In this document: positions 1 through 10,402 of the stretch, piece by piece
Numbering within the stretch: the first letter of the stretch is position 1
How the letters are laid out: the number at the start of each line of letters is the position of its first letter
Source of the DNA: Planctomycetota bacterium
GTDB taxonomy: Bacteria; Planctomycetota; UBA1135; UBA2386
Direction of reading: 5' to 3'
Length of the DNA stretch: 46,411 nucleotides
NCBI GenBank assembly: GCA_947501605.1
Contig: CANMWZ010000037.1
Span: forward strand, 1-46,411
Position numbers and translations under genes: made by a program
Notes under the pieces: model-generated
What the model was told of the DNA's origin: nothing
Databases searched by the model: none
Seen by the model: only the letters and a program-made list of their open reading frames with translations

Positions 1-57
1 CACGGCAATGAGGAACAGCACCGGGATGTAGATGGCGAGTCGAATCAAAAGGCTCAC
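1..57 (-). CDS. 5' fragment of a membrane protein (runs off the window edge)
   Basis: GTG at 57 overlaps the upstream TGA (GTGA coupling); reads MSLLIRLAIYIPVLFLIAV, which is hydrophobic. Confidence 0.55.
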   Translation of the reverse strand, partial: MSLLIRLAIYIPVLFLIAV

Positions 58-938
58 GAGACACCTCGCTGATCCTGGCCGCGCGCGAGCGGAAAACTCG
101 ACCGCTCCGCCACGGTGAACGCATCCACCATGACCACGAGGTTCATCAAGCCCGCCACCGTGCACAGGTTGGTTCCGAGTTCGAGATTCTCCGGGATCGA
201 GGTCATCTCCATCGGCGCCGTGACCAGCGCCGCGAACAGCGCGCCACCACCGAACAGGAACTCGCCGATCCACCACACCGAGGCAATCGCGCGGTCGACT
301 GCGTGCCCGTAGGAGAACACCATGCCCAGGGCGAACACGATCATGACCGCCGCGCCCATCAACGCTCCCTTGCTGCGTTGGCCCGAGAGCGCGTGCCCGA
401 GCCCTGGTAGCAGCCACGAGACCCCCGCAGCGAAAGCCGGATTGCACAGCGGACCGGGCGTCACGGTGTCTTTCGCGTCGCGGTTCCAACGGCGGGTCCA
501 GTGGCCATCGGCCGACCAGAACGCCGCCAGCATCCCCGACGCCGCGGTGAGGAATCCGCCGAGGTCCTCCAAAGGGCGCGGCAGGCGCCACACCCGCATC
601 GCCTCATTGTCGCCGGCGTAGGCAAGCATCGAACCCACCGCGTGTGCTGGCAGGTTCAGAATCTCGGGCAGCGTCAGCGGGATGCCGATGCGCGCGAGTT
701 TCCACATGCCGCCGGGCTCCGAACTCACCAAAGCGAAGTGGAACAACCGGTCAGAGACGAGCACCCAGCCGGCAAAGAACACCGCCGTGCAGGAGGCGAG
801 TGCCACGACAGCGCGCGCCTTCTGGCCGACCTGGTACTGCAGAAGACCCGGGAGGAAGCCAGCGAGGAAGGTACCGATGCCGAGCCCGATGCTGGCGCGG
901 TCCTTGGCATTGTCGGCTGAAGCACTAACCGTGGACAT
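54..938 (-). CDS. Integral membrane protein with two homologous halves (DUF6677-like)
   Basis: 294 aa with many TM segments; repeated motifs 'LAGFLPGLLQYQVGQKARA...LGGFLTAASGML' and 'VSWLLPGLGHALSGQRSKG...LGTNLCTVAGLMN'. Confidence 0.7.
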   Translation of the reverse strand: MSTVSASADNAKDRASIGLGIGTFLAGFLPGLLQYQVGQKARAVVALASCTAVFFAGWVLVSDRLFHFALVSSEPGGMWKLARIGIPLTLPEILNLPAHAVGSMLAYAGDNEAMRVWRLPRPLEDLGGFLTAASGMLAAFWSADGHWTRRWNRDAKDTVTPGPLCNPAFAAGVSWLLPGLGHALSGQRSKGALMGAAVMIVFALGMVFSYGHAVDRAIASVWWIGEFLFGGGALFAALVTAPMEMTSIPENLELGTNLCTVAGLMNLVVMVDAFTVAERSSFPLARGQDQRGVS

Positions 939-1213
939 CGGGCGAGAACGCTACGGAAGGACGAGCCCGGGTCGAGGGTCAAGACGCGTTCTGGCGAGAT
1001 CCGCCTGAGAGCTTCTCGGTTTCGCCGCCCAAAGGCACGGCCAAGGGCCGCGCAAACACCACGTCTCTGGCCAGCGCCGACCGCCGCTCCGCGACCGGCG
1101 CCGCGACCAAGGAATCGTCGGCAGCAAGCTCGCCGAGGCGCAGTTCGAACCAGCGGGCAGTCCGAAGATGCGACATGAGGGACTGTGTCGCACGGGACCG
1201 CGCCCGGGCGCGG

Positions 1214-1897
1214 TCAGTCCAGAGGCAACCGTCGCCGCCGCGACTCGATCTGGTGCAGAAAGCACGCACGCAACACCTGGGCGCGCACGGGTTCCTCGAC
1301 TTCTTCGAACTCCAAGCGACTCTCGAACAAGGCATCGCTGCGCTGATTCGGTGCGCCGGCGATCGGCACGCAGTCGAGCACGCGCGCGACGGCACGCACC
1401 GCCGGCGCTCCGGCATCGAGCGACAGCCGCAGTGTGACCTGGGCGCCTTCGAGCACTCGGTCCTTGCTGCGCAGCCGCACGCCGCCGCCACCGACATCGA
1501 CCGTCAGCCCGCGCACCACCGAGGCCTGCTCGTCGACCCCCGAAGAGATCACCGCGCCGCAGATCATCGGTTCGCGCAACGTCTCCCTCGCCTCGATCGC
1601 GCGGTAGGCGCTCGGCACCCACGGGCGTACGACCCACAGTTCGTGCTCGGTGTGGCCCGGGGGCGGCAGCACGCGACTCTCGAACACGACAACGCGACGG
1701 CCGTCCTCGACCTCGACCTGCAGCAGCATTCCGGGGGACAACAGATCGGCACGCGACGGGTCGATTGCCGCCAGCTGCAACCGCCGCATGTCGTCAGGCA
1801 CGGCCACAACGTGGCTGGCAAATGGCTGGCCCGAGGCGGGCACCACGCGCGCAGGCGCATACGGCAACAGCTTTGGGATCCCGGACGAGAGGGCCAT
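1214..1897 (-). CDS. PilZ-domain c-di-GMP effector, YcgR/flagellar-brake-like architecture
   Basis: RxxxR (RETLR) followed by a DxGxxG variant of D/NxSxxG (TVDVGGGG); C-terminal beta-barrel-like pattern ending 'LEFEEV'. Confidence 0.75.
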   Translation of the reverse strand: MALSSGIPKLLPYAPARVVPASGQPFASHVVAVPDDMRRLQLAAIDPSRADLLSPGMLLQVEVEDGRRVVVFESRVLPPPGHTEHELWVVRPWVPSAYRAIEARETLREPMICGAVISSGVDEQASVVRGLTVDVGGGGVRLRSKDRVLEGAQVTLRLSLDAGAPAVRAVARVLDCVPIAGAPNQRSDALFESRLEFEEVEEPVRAQVLRACFLHQIESRRRRLPLD

Positions 1898-2006
1898 GGC
1901 GAACGGGAGATGCTACGCCCGCGGCCGCCGACGGTCAACGGCGCAGCGAACCGCCAGCGCGCTTTACTAAGCCGGGGACAGGACCCAAGATCCTCGCCCC
2001 TTCGCC

Positions 2007-2786
2007 ATGGCCACAGCCTCGAATCCCGTCGCCAGAGTTCTCGCCGAGCGCCGCGGCGCGGTCTTGCTGCTCACCTTGAACGCGCCCGAACGCCGCAACG
2101 CGATCGACCAAGAAATGGTCGACGGACTGCACCAAGCTCTCGACCAACACCAATCGGACCCCACGATCGCCGCGATCATCGTCACGGGTGCGGGTGACAA
2201 GGCCTTCGCCGCCGGCGCCGACATCGCCCAACTGCGGCAACGCACCGCCAGCGACGCACAGAAGGCGATCAACAGCGCGATCTTCACCCGCATCGAAGAA
2301 TGCCCCGTCCCAGTGATCGCGGCGATCAAGGGGTTTGCTCTGGGCGGCGGCTGTGAACTCGCCATCGCCTGTGACCTGCGGGTCCTCGGCCACTCGGCGA
2401 AGCTCGGACAACCCGAAGTGAAGCTCGGCATCATCCCGGCGGCCGGCGGCACCTATCGCTTACCGCGTCTCATCGGCCTCGGTCGCGCCCGCGAGCTGAT
2501 CTACACCGGGCGCATCGTCGACGCCGACGAGTGCCTTCGCATCGGGCTCGCCAACTACGTGGTCCCGGATAGCGAAGTGCTCGACCGCGCATTCGCACTT
2601 GCAGACGAGATCGCTCAGAACGGCCCACTCGCGGTCCGTGCCGCCAAGAAGGCAATGAACGCGCTCGCACGCCCCGAACAGCAGCACGCCGTATTGATCG
2701 AGAGTTCGCTGCAAGCCGTGCTGTTCGACAGCGACGACAAGAAGGCGCGGATGGACTCGTTCCTGCACAAGCAGAAGAAGAGCTGA
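2007..2786 (+). CDS. Enoyl-CoA hydratase/isomerase (crotonase family)
   Basis: LNAPERRNA, AFAAGADI, ALGGGCELA, QPEVKLGIIP; both catalytic Glu present. Confidence 0.95.
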   Translation: MATASNPVARVLAERRGAVLLLTLNAPERRNAIDQEMVDGLHQALDQHQSDPTIAAIIVTGAGDKAFAAGADIAQLRQRTASDAQKAINSAIFTRIEECPVPVIAAIKGFALGGGCELAIACDLRVLGHSAKLGQPEVKLGIIPAAGGTYRLPRLIGLGRARELIYTGRIVDADECLRIGLANYVVPDSEVLDRAFALADEIAQNGPLAVRAAKKAMNALARPEQQHAVLIESSLQAVLFDSDDKKARMDSFLHKQKKS

Positions 2787-2792
2787 CCCACC

Positions 2793-3634
<842 letters not shown>

Positions 3635-3653
<19 letters not shown>

Positions 3654-3701
3654 GGGGTTTCTACCGCTGGTAAGGGGTTTCTACCGCTGGTAAGGGGTTT
3701 C
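3635..3701. repeat. 20-bp tandem repeat, 3.3 copies, overlapping the stop codon of the dehydrogenase gene
   Basis: GGGTTTCTACCGCTGGTAAG exact at 3635, 3655 and 3675, plus partial GGGTTTC at 3695. Confidence 0.95.
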
Positions 3702-3824
3702 GACTTCTGGTGCGCCGGCGAGGCCCGGGCTGTCGCGCTCGCCAGCAGCAGCGCCGGGTCGTGCAGCACAGCGCATCGCGAACGAACTTCGGCCCATCGA
3801 GCCGACTGGGATTTCTCGATTGTG

Positions 3825-4352
3825 TCAGCGTCGGGCCGCAGAACCGCGACGCCGCGCAGGGCGCGCCGATACGTTGCGCATCGCCACCTCGGCGCGTGCA
3901 GCCGTCTCGACCTCGGCCGCTCCGGTGACGACAACGCCGCGCGCATCTTCTGCTCGCAGTGCGTAGCGACCGCCCGGCAGTCCGGTTAGTTGGAGCGAAC
4001 CGTCAGCGCGCAAACGCGGCCGCAGGCGCAACCACTCGCGGCGCTCGGCACCGACCGTGCGATCGACGACGAGGTCGACTTCAGTGCCTTCGAACCCGGC
4101 TGGGAACGTCAGGCTCAGTGTTGCCTTGCCAAAGGCGGGATGCACTTGAGGCTCCGACAGTGCCCCACCCTCGATGCGCAAGCGAACCTGCGGTGCAGGG
4201 TTCAGCGCGGCAGCTGAGGTCGCTGGGGCGGTGGCCGCGGCGCCGCCCGAACGCGCCGGTGCCGTGCCTTGCTGCCGCGGACCGACGCAAGCCGCAAAGG
4301 CTAGCGCGAGCGACGACGACCACACGAGCTTCCAAGTCGACCGCGAGAGCAT
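3825..4352 (-). CDS. Putative lipoprotein with a carboxypeptidase-regulatory-like beta-sandwich
   Basis: 3' part of ORF 3825..5657; ATG 4352 gives MLSRSTWKLVWSSSLALAFAAC (lipobox), an Ala/Pro linker, then 'LQLTGLPGGRYALRA'. Confidence 0.6.
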   Translation of the reverse strand: MLSRSTWKLVWSSSLALAFAACVGPRQQGTAPARSGGAAATAPATSAAALNPAPQVRLRIEGGALSEPQVHPAFGKATLSLTFPAGFEGTEVDLVVDRTVGAERREWLRLRPRLRADGSLQLTGLPGGRYALRAEDARGVVVTGAAEVETAARAEVAMRNVSARPARRRGSAARR

Positions 4353-4979
4353 GGGACCGTCCATCGGCATGGGCGGGTCCGTGACCTGAGTCGAGCTCGG
4401 TGCGGAGGCGTCGCTGAAGCAACATCCGCAGGCAGGCGACATCGGCCGCCGCAGCTGCGGCGCGTCGACCGACGCCATCGCGCCCTTCGTCGAGCTCGAC
4501 AACAAGCCCGTCAACCCGACGCAGCGAATCCGCCGGTGCTTTGGCAGTCTCGATTCGCTTGGCTCGGAGGCAGGGCGGTCAAGAACGTCGCGCCGACCGG
4601 CACGGTCGACGGTGTCCTCTGCACGCAACCACGCCAAGACCTCGCTAACCCAGGGGCTCGTCTGTGAGCTGCTGCCAGGGCTGGACGAACGCAGAGTTGT
4701 CAATGTGCCGTCGAAGCACGGCGAGCGGCGGCGACACGAAGGCCCCCAATCTCGGGGGATCCACCAGCACTGGATCTTCCACGAGGAGGCCGAGCGCTTC
4801 ATCGGCTGCGCAGATCTCCCCTGCCTCGCACACCGCGACGGGAGGATAGAAGCCCGGTGAAGAGCGCCGCCTGTCTGCGCGCCCGGCACCCGAGCGCTCG
4901 GGGAGCGAGCCGTGGAGCCGGCTGCAAGACGTTGGCTGCGGCGCGCGCGCCAACCGGCCGGTATCGTCCCGCCCGTTCC

Positions 4980-6020
4980 ATGCAACTCACGATCACTCGT
5001 CCGGACGACTGGCATCTCCACCTGCGCGACGATCTCGCTCTCAAGGCCGTCGTCGCGGATACCGCTCGGCGCTTTGGTCGCGCCATCGTGATGCCGAATC
5101 TGAAGCCGCCCGTAACCACGGTTGCGGCGGCGCGCGCCTATCGCGATCGCATCCAGAACGCCGTCCAGAAGGGCCTCGCGTTCGAACCGTTGATGACGCT
5201 CTATCTCACGGATCGAACCCCGGCAGCAGAGATCAAGGAAGCGGCGGCGAGCGGCTTCGTGCACGCGGTGAAGTACTACCCAGCAGGCTCCACCACCAAC
5301 TCCGAGAACGGCGTTACCGACTTGCAGAAGGCGCGCGTCGCCTTGGCGGCGATGGAGCAGTACGACGTTCCGCTCTTGCTGCACGGCGAGGTCACGGACA
5401 GCGGCATCGATGTCTTCGACCGCGAGCGCGTCTTTCTCGATCGCCATCTCGGGCCGCTGCAACGCGACTTCCCCGGCCTGCGCATGGTGTTGGAGCACAT
5501 CACGACGCAAGAGGCAGCGGACTACGTGCGCAGTGCGGGGCCGCGGGTCGCGGCGACGATCACGGCCCACCATCTGCTGTGGAACCGCAACGAGATCTTT
5601 CGCGGCGGCATCCGACCGCATGCCTACTGCCTGCCGGTGTTGAAACGCGAGCGCCACCGACAGGCACTACTGGCGGCGGCAACGGGCGACGATCCGCGCT
5701 TCTTTCTCGGCACGGACAGCGCGCCGCATGCGCGCCACACCAAGGAAGCCGACTGCGGCTGTGCTGGCATCTACACCTCGCACGCGGCGATCGAATTGTA
5801 TGCGGAGGCGTTTGAACACGTCGATGCGCTAGCAAAGCTCGAAGCGTTCGCCAGCCATCGCGGACCGGACTTTTACCGGTTGCCGCGCAACGAGGCGCGC
5901 ATCACCCTGGCTCGCGAGGCGTGGACCGTGCCCAACGAACTGCCGTTTGGCGATCGCACGCTGGTGCCGATGCGGGCCGGGCAGAGCGTGGCATGGCGCC
6001 TCGTCGACCCGGCGCGCTGA
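4980..6020 (+). CDS. pyrC: Dihydroorotase, homodimeric (E. coli-type)
   Basis: [56 protein letters not shown]; start placed at ATG 4980. Confidence 0.95.
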   Translation: MQLTITRPDDWHLHLRDDLALKAVVADTARRFGRAIVMPNLKPPVTTVAAARAYRDRIQNAVQKGLAFEPLMTLYLTDRTPAAEIKEAAASGFVHAVKYYPAGSTTNSENGVTDLQKARVALAAMEQYDVPLLLHGEVTDSGIDVFDRERVFLDRHLGPLQRDFPGLRMVLEHITTQEAADYVRSAGPRVAATITAHHLLWNRNEIFRGGIRPHAYCLPVLKRERHRQALLAAATGDDPRFFLGTDSAPHARHTKEADCGCAGIYTSHAAIELYAEAFEHVDALAKLEAFASHRGPDFYRLPRNEARITLAREAWTVPNELPFGDRTLVPMRAGQSVAWRLVDPAR

Positions 6021-6158
6021 GCGGGCGGATGCACGCGCTCGCCGGACTCGGGGGTACCACCGTGCCGATCCTCGACGATCGCTCTAGTTCGCCCCAGAGG
6101 TCGAGAACCGCGGTCGGACCTAGGTCGCGCGCACGGCGCGCGACCGCGGCAGCAGCGG

Positions 6159-7970
6159 TCAGTTCGAGCTTGGCTTCGTCTGGCCAGAAGCACTCGCCCC
6201 ACCGCCGATCGACCCGCCACTGGCCGGCGTTTCGCAGGCGGTCGTGGCGACGCCAAACGAACCACCCCCACCTCCTGAAGGCCAGGTAAGGCCACCAGCG
6301 CTCGATGGCGCGACCATCAGGCCTTCGCTACTCCAAGACTGGCCAGCTGCCGCGTCGCTCGTCGGCGGCACATCGGACCAGGAGCCAGCGTAGACCGACG
6401 GTGGCGCCGCGATGCCGTAGCCGGACACGTAGTAGTTCCCCGCGGCAACCTCGGGGAAGGCTTGGCCCTCGACCCTGGGTTCGCGCGGATCAGCGGGGAA
6501 GCTGGCCGGCGCTCGCGACGGAACGGAGCCCCACAAAGAGCCGACGCGGTTGCGCGTGCCGTTGCCACGAGCGCGTGCCGGTTGGGGCTTTCCCTTCATT
6601 TCCTGCATCAGTTCGCGGATCGCCCGAAGGTCGTCGCGCATCTCCTGCAACAACGAGCGAATCGAGTCATCGGACTCGTCCGACGGCAAGCCAGGGGCCA
6701 CGACACGACCAATCACTCTGCCCCTCGAGCCGACCAGCGGCAGGCCGGGGAGGAACTCGAGGGCCCTACCAAAGACCTCTCTTGGCGCGCGACGGCTCTC
6801 GAACAGTGCCTTGCCCTCGACGAACGTGTGGCCGTCAAGGACCTTCGAGAACTCCTCAAACACTGCCTCTGGCGGCACCGCATGCTCGCGCACGGCCTCG
6901 GCGTAGTCACGAGCAGCCTCGGCGTGCTCGCGGATGACTTCGGCTTCCTCGCGTGCGCTTTCAGCATGACCGCGTGCGACTTCAGCGATGTCGCGCGCCA
7001 TCGCGGCATGGTCGCGCTCGACCTCGGCCGCTTCGCGGGCCATGGCGGCATGGTCGCGTTCGGCTTCGGTTTCGGCGCGTTCGACGGGCGCCTGTGCCGA
7101 CGGCGCGGAGGCACCCGCGTTCCGCCGGGCGTAGCGCTTCGAACGAGCTCTGGCGTTGCGATTCGCCTCGGCGCGCCCCGCATCTTCGAGGGCGCGGACG
7201 GCTTGCTCGCGGACTTCTTCGACGTCAACCTCGAAGCCCTCGACGGGCTCGACGGGTTCGACGGGCTCGACGGGCTCGACGGGCTCGACGGGTGGCACGG
7301 GTGGCACTCCAGGTACGGGTAGAACGGGAGCACTGGCGCCTGGCTCCTGCACACCCCTGGTCCACCTCCACGTCGCGCGCTTCTGCGACCGGGCCGGACC
7401 TGGTTGCTGCCCCTGGGGCTCCGACAAGCGCTGCTCGAGCAGCGCGCTATCCGGGCGCAAGACCGTCACATCCGACTGTCCGTTCACGGTCGCGAGCACT
7501 CGCGACAGCCTTCCGAGCCCGGCTGCCGGGTCGCCGTCAGACGTCACGATCCGAAAGGTGTGTTCGCTCGACGCATCGGACGGCAACTCGATGAGATGGC
7601 CTTCCAGAGGCGATAGCGCACTCAAGAGGCGGATGCGGCCGTCGCGATCCGAGGACTCCAGCACCAACGGCTCTGCGACGATCTCCGAGAGCGACACTCG
7701 GCGGCCGCTCGCCTTCGCCACCGTCAGCCGTCTGCTGATATCGAGGAGCTTCTTCCTCGCCGTGGCGCGTGCTTCGCTGCTCAGATCGTCCTGATTGAGC
7801 ATTGCAACGACCTCGGCAAGCTTGGCCTGCAGGCGGTCGGTCGACGACTCCAAGGCCCCTGGCGACTCGACTGCCGGGGCCACAGGATCGCTAGGCGCAG
7901 ACTGCGCCGACAACATGGTCGCGGCGACGAACGCAGCGAGCGTAGAGCGGATCAAGATTGGGATGGTCAT
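6159..7970 (-). CDS. Secreted low-complexity/coiled-coil hypothetical protein, third gene of the BlaI-BlaR1 operon
   Basis: AGGAG RBS before ATG 7970; signal peptide MTIPILIRSTLAAFVAATMLSAQ; (PVE)6 tract, heptad repeats, Gly/Ser-rich tail. Confidence 0.7.
   Translation of the reverse strand: MTIPILIRSTLAAFVAATMLSAQSAPSDPVAPAVESPGALESSTDRLQAKLAEVVAMLNQDDLSSEARATARKKLLDISRRLTVAKASGRRVSLSEIVAEPLVLESSDRDGRIRLLSALSPLEGHLIELPSDASSEHTFRIVTSDGDPAAGLGRLSRVLATVNGQSDVTVLRPDSALLEQRLSEPQGQQPGPARSQKRATWRWTRGVQEPGASAPVLPVPGVPPVPPVEPVEPVEPVEPVEPVEGFEVDVEEVREQAVRALEDAGRAEANRNARARSKRYARRNAGASAPSAQAPVERAETEAERDHAAMAREAAEVERDHAAMARDIAEVARGHAESAREEAEVIREHAEAARDYAEAVREHAVPPEAVFEEFSKVLDGHTFVEGKALFESRRAPREVFGRALEFLPGLPLVGSRGRVIGRVVAPGLPSDESDDSIRSLLQEMRDDLRAIRELMQEMKGKPQPARARGNGTRNRVGSLWGSVPSRAPASFPADPREPRVEGQAFPEVAAGNYYVSGYGIAAPPSVYAGSWSDVPPTSDAAAGQSWSSEGLMVAPSSAGGLTWPSGGGGGSFGVATTACETPASGGSIGGGASASGQTKPSSN
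7239..7292. repeat. 9-bp coding tandem repeat, 6 copies, encoding (PVE)6
   Basis: CTCGACGGG x6, one copy TTCGACGGG. Confidence 0.9.
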
Positions 7971-7984
7971 GTCTTCTCCTGGTT

Positions 7985-9295
7985 TCAACGGTGGGTTTCT
8001 TCGAAGCGGGCGAGCAGTGCGTCCAGGCGCTCTCGGATCCGCGTGAGGTTGTGGAGCCGAGCATCGAGCTCGGCCAGCAATTGCATCTGCTCGAGGGAAG
8101 CCTCCTGCACCGTCCACTCGTTGCGCAGCAAGGCAGCTTCGGTCAACAGTTCGTCGTGCTCTGACGCCAACGTCAGGAACAGCGTGCGCAAACCGACGTG
8201 AGCCGGTTCGGGGATGGTCGCGTCGGCAAGCTCCGTGGCAGGCTCGGGCGAAGCGAAGGCGGTTGCCGTCGCTACGCCAGGAGCAGCCAGGCTCAATCCG
8301 GACAACAGCACGCCGCCGAGCGACCAGGACCACGCTGGGCGCGATGGCTCGACGCGCTCCCCGCGAAGCGCCGCTTCGATGCGCTCCTTGAGCGCCGATG
8401 GCCTAGCCGCCATCCCGAGTGCAACGACCGAAACAACGGCACGAGGCTGCAGCCAGTCGGCGATATCGAGCAGGCAGCGCGCGACTGCGGTCGGCGACGC
8501 CGCTTGCGAAGCAATGGAGTCGCAGCGCAGCTCGACAAGCCGCAACCATCGACGCCGCACGATCACGAACAACACTTGCCACGGGAACAAGGCCTGCAGC
8601 CACGCCGCGCCCCACATCCACGCCGGATCGGCGGCGCGTAGGTGCGCCACTTCGTGTGCCAGCATGGCGCGCAACGACGAGTCGCTGAGTTCGCCGGCGC
8701 GGCGCGGCAAGCAGACCTCCGGACGAATGAGACCGATGGCGATGGGCGTTGCGATGCGTTCTGTGCGACTCACGTGCGGCGACTGCTGCAAGCCAAGTGA
8801 GCCCGCAACTTCGGCCGCGGTCGAGAGCACGCGCGCATCGGTCTCGGGCTGGCGCTGGTTCAAGATCGCGCGGAGGCGGCGCTGCACATCGACGAGCCAC
8901 GCGAGGCCGAACAGGGCCGCAACAGCGGCGGCGAGGCAGATGACGGACTGGCTCGACCACTGGCTCCACAAGGTCGGGGGCTGCAGCGCGACGTCAAACC
9001 CGGCGCCTCCGATCGCGGCGAGCACGGAGCCGAGTTCTGCAGCGTCCTCGGCCGCAGTAGGGTTCGGCAGGGCGAACTCGGTGTTCCACGGCCCGCTCGC
9101 ACAGAGCACCCGCACAAGACTGCTCGGGATGGCAATCCACATCGACCAGCGCAGGGCAGACTCTTGCAGCCAGCGCGCCCGGCGCCCCATCGCGACCGAG
9201 ACCCCGAGAGCGCATGAGAGTGCGATCGTCGAATGGATGGCGAAGGTCACGAGCCAATCGGCGAGGCCCGAGACGAACGGGAGCAGGGCGATCAT
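7985..9295 (-). CDS. BlaR1/M56-family membrane metallopeptidase (anti-repressor)
   Basis: N-terminal TM helices, 'TPIAIGLIRPEVCLP', HExxH (AHEVAH), 'ELRCD', 'LKERI'; ATGA-coupled to the BlaI gene; no penicillin-binding domain. Confidence 0.9.
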   Translation of the reverse strand: MIALLPFVSGLADWLVTFAIHSTIALSCALGVSVAMGRRARWLQESALRWSMWIAIPSSLVRVLCASGPWNTEFALPNPTAAEDAAELGSVLAAIGGAGFDVALQPPTLWSQWSSQSVICLAAAVAALFGLAWLVDVQRRLRAILNQRQPETDARVLSTAAEVAGSLGLQQSPHVSRTERIATPIAIGLIRPEVCLPRRAGELSDSSLRAMLAHEVAHLRAADPAWMWGAAWLQALFPWQVLFVIVRRRWLRLVELRCDSIASQAASPTAVARCLLDIADWLQPRAVVSVVALGMAARPSALKERIEAALRGERVEPSRPAWSWSLGGVLLSGLSLAAPGVATATAFASPEPATELADATIPEPAHVGLRTLFLTLASEHDELLTEAALLRNEWTVQEASLEQMQLLAELDARLHNLTRIRERLDALLARFEETHR

Positions 9296-9684
9296 GACCG
9301 CTCCTTCTTCTGCTTCTTCTCGGCCTCGGCCACTTGCTTGCGCAAGTCATCGAGTTCGCCGAGTTCGATTTCACCGGCACGCAACAGGTGATTGACCAAG
9401 GCCAGTGGGTCGCCATCGAACAGACGCTCGACCAGATCGCCGACGAGGTTGCGCTGCACCAACTGTGGATCGACCTTGGCGCGGTAGAGAAACTGCCGGC
9501 CGCGCTCCTCGTGGGCGACGAGCGCTTTCTCTTCCATCTTGCGCAGCATCGTGGCAATTGTGGTCAAGGCAAGACCGCGGTCCTCGAGTCCCCGATGCAC
9601 TTCCGCAACCGAAGTGCTGGGGCGATCCCACAAGATGCGGAGGATCGCGAGTTGCAGGTCACCGAGATTGCGGGGTCCCTTCAT
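9292..9684 (-). CDS. BlaI/MecI/CopY-family transcriptional repressor
   Basis: LGDLQLAILRILW, LALTTIATMLRKMEEK, GRQFLYRA, LFDGDP. Confidence 0.92.
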   Translation of the reverse strand: MKGPRNLGDLQLAILRILWDRPSTSVAEVHRGLEDRGLALTTIATMLRKMEEKALVAHEERGRQFLYRAKVDPQLVQRNLVGDLVERLFDGDPLALVNHLLRAGEIELGELDDLRKQVAEAEKKQKKERS

Positions 9685-9752
9685 GGGCTTGGTCCGAGGC
9701 GGGGGGTTCGACTGACGACGGTCGCGTGCGCACGCGGCAATGCCGGCAGTCT

Positions 9753-9789
9753 ACTACCACGGTAGTCGGCTGCAACTACTCCGGTAGTT
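9753..9789. promoter_or_regulatory. Tandem palindromic BlaI-type operator sites
   Basis: ACTAC-CACG-GTAGT (9753-9766) and AACTAC-TCCG-GTAGTT (9774-9789), 22 bp apart, about 70-105 bp upstream of the repressor start. Confidence 0.75.
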
Positions 9790-9901
9790 CACAGAGATTC
9801 CCGATTTCCGTCAGATCGCTGCAGGTTGCCCGGAACGGACGAGCACCGGCGCGATTTCGCCGGCCTGCACTGTCTTCTGTGTTGCCCGTGGCCCCCACCA
9901 C

Positions 9902-10402
9902 GTGCGCACATCCAACGCGGCTCAGCCGCGGACTGTCTATGGCGTGGTCTTCGGCAACAGCCGCACAACGAAGGGCGAGGCCAACGAGTCGCACTGGTTG
10001 CGAGTACTGCTGAACTTGGCGCGCGCGGCGAGCGACGCGGCGACGGCCAACCCGATCGGCTGGGGCGCGATCCGCGTCGACCCGCTTGCCTCCCTGACCG
10101 TGGGCGGCACTTTCGAGATCCAGTGCTGGTCCACCGAGCCGCGTCCCGACGCCGCTGCTGCCGCGCGCCACGACCGCCTGAGGACCCGTCTCTCCGCCAT
10201 CGACAACGCGGCCTCGTCAGCGGCGAAGCGGCGAAGCTCGGCCCGCTGGCGGAAGGACCGATCTCGGACTCGCTCGGCATCCGGCTGTCGGACGCGGCAG
10301 CCATGGCGACCGGCGGCGCGGTCCGCGGTTCTCCCTTCGTCGACCGCAACCAGCTACCATCTCGCGGCCCGGCAGCCCCGCCGCGGCGAGGTCCACGCAT
10401 GA
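9902..10402 (+). pseudogene. Possible frameshifted or degraded ORF upstream of the Tat protein
   Basis: GC-rich third positions follow frame 9902 until about 10208 and then switch to frame 9826; no recognisable family. Confidence 0.3.

Noticed and set aside
979..1176. Possible 65-aa minus-strand ORF between the PilZ gene and the membrane protein gene
   Set aside because: No RBS, motif or clear codon signal; cannot be supported
4390..4960. Long intergenic region upstream of pyrC as a riboswitch or attenuator
   Set aside because: Only generic GC hairpins; no recognisable RNA family motif, and pyrC appears to have a -10 element right before its start
4353..5657. 5' two-thirds of the 610-aa minus-strand ORF 3825..5657
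   Set aside because: Overlaps pyrC antisense; only the part from ATG 4352 has a signal peptide and protein-like composition
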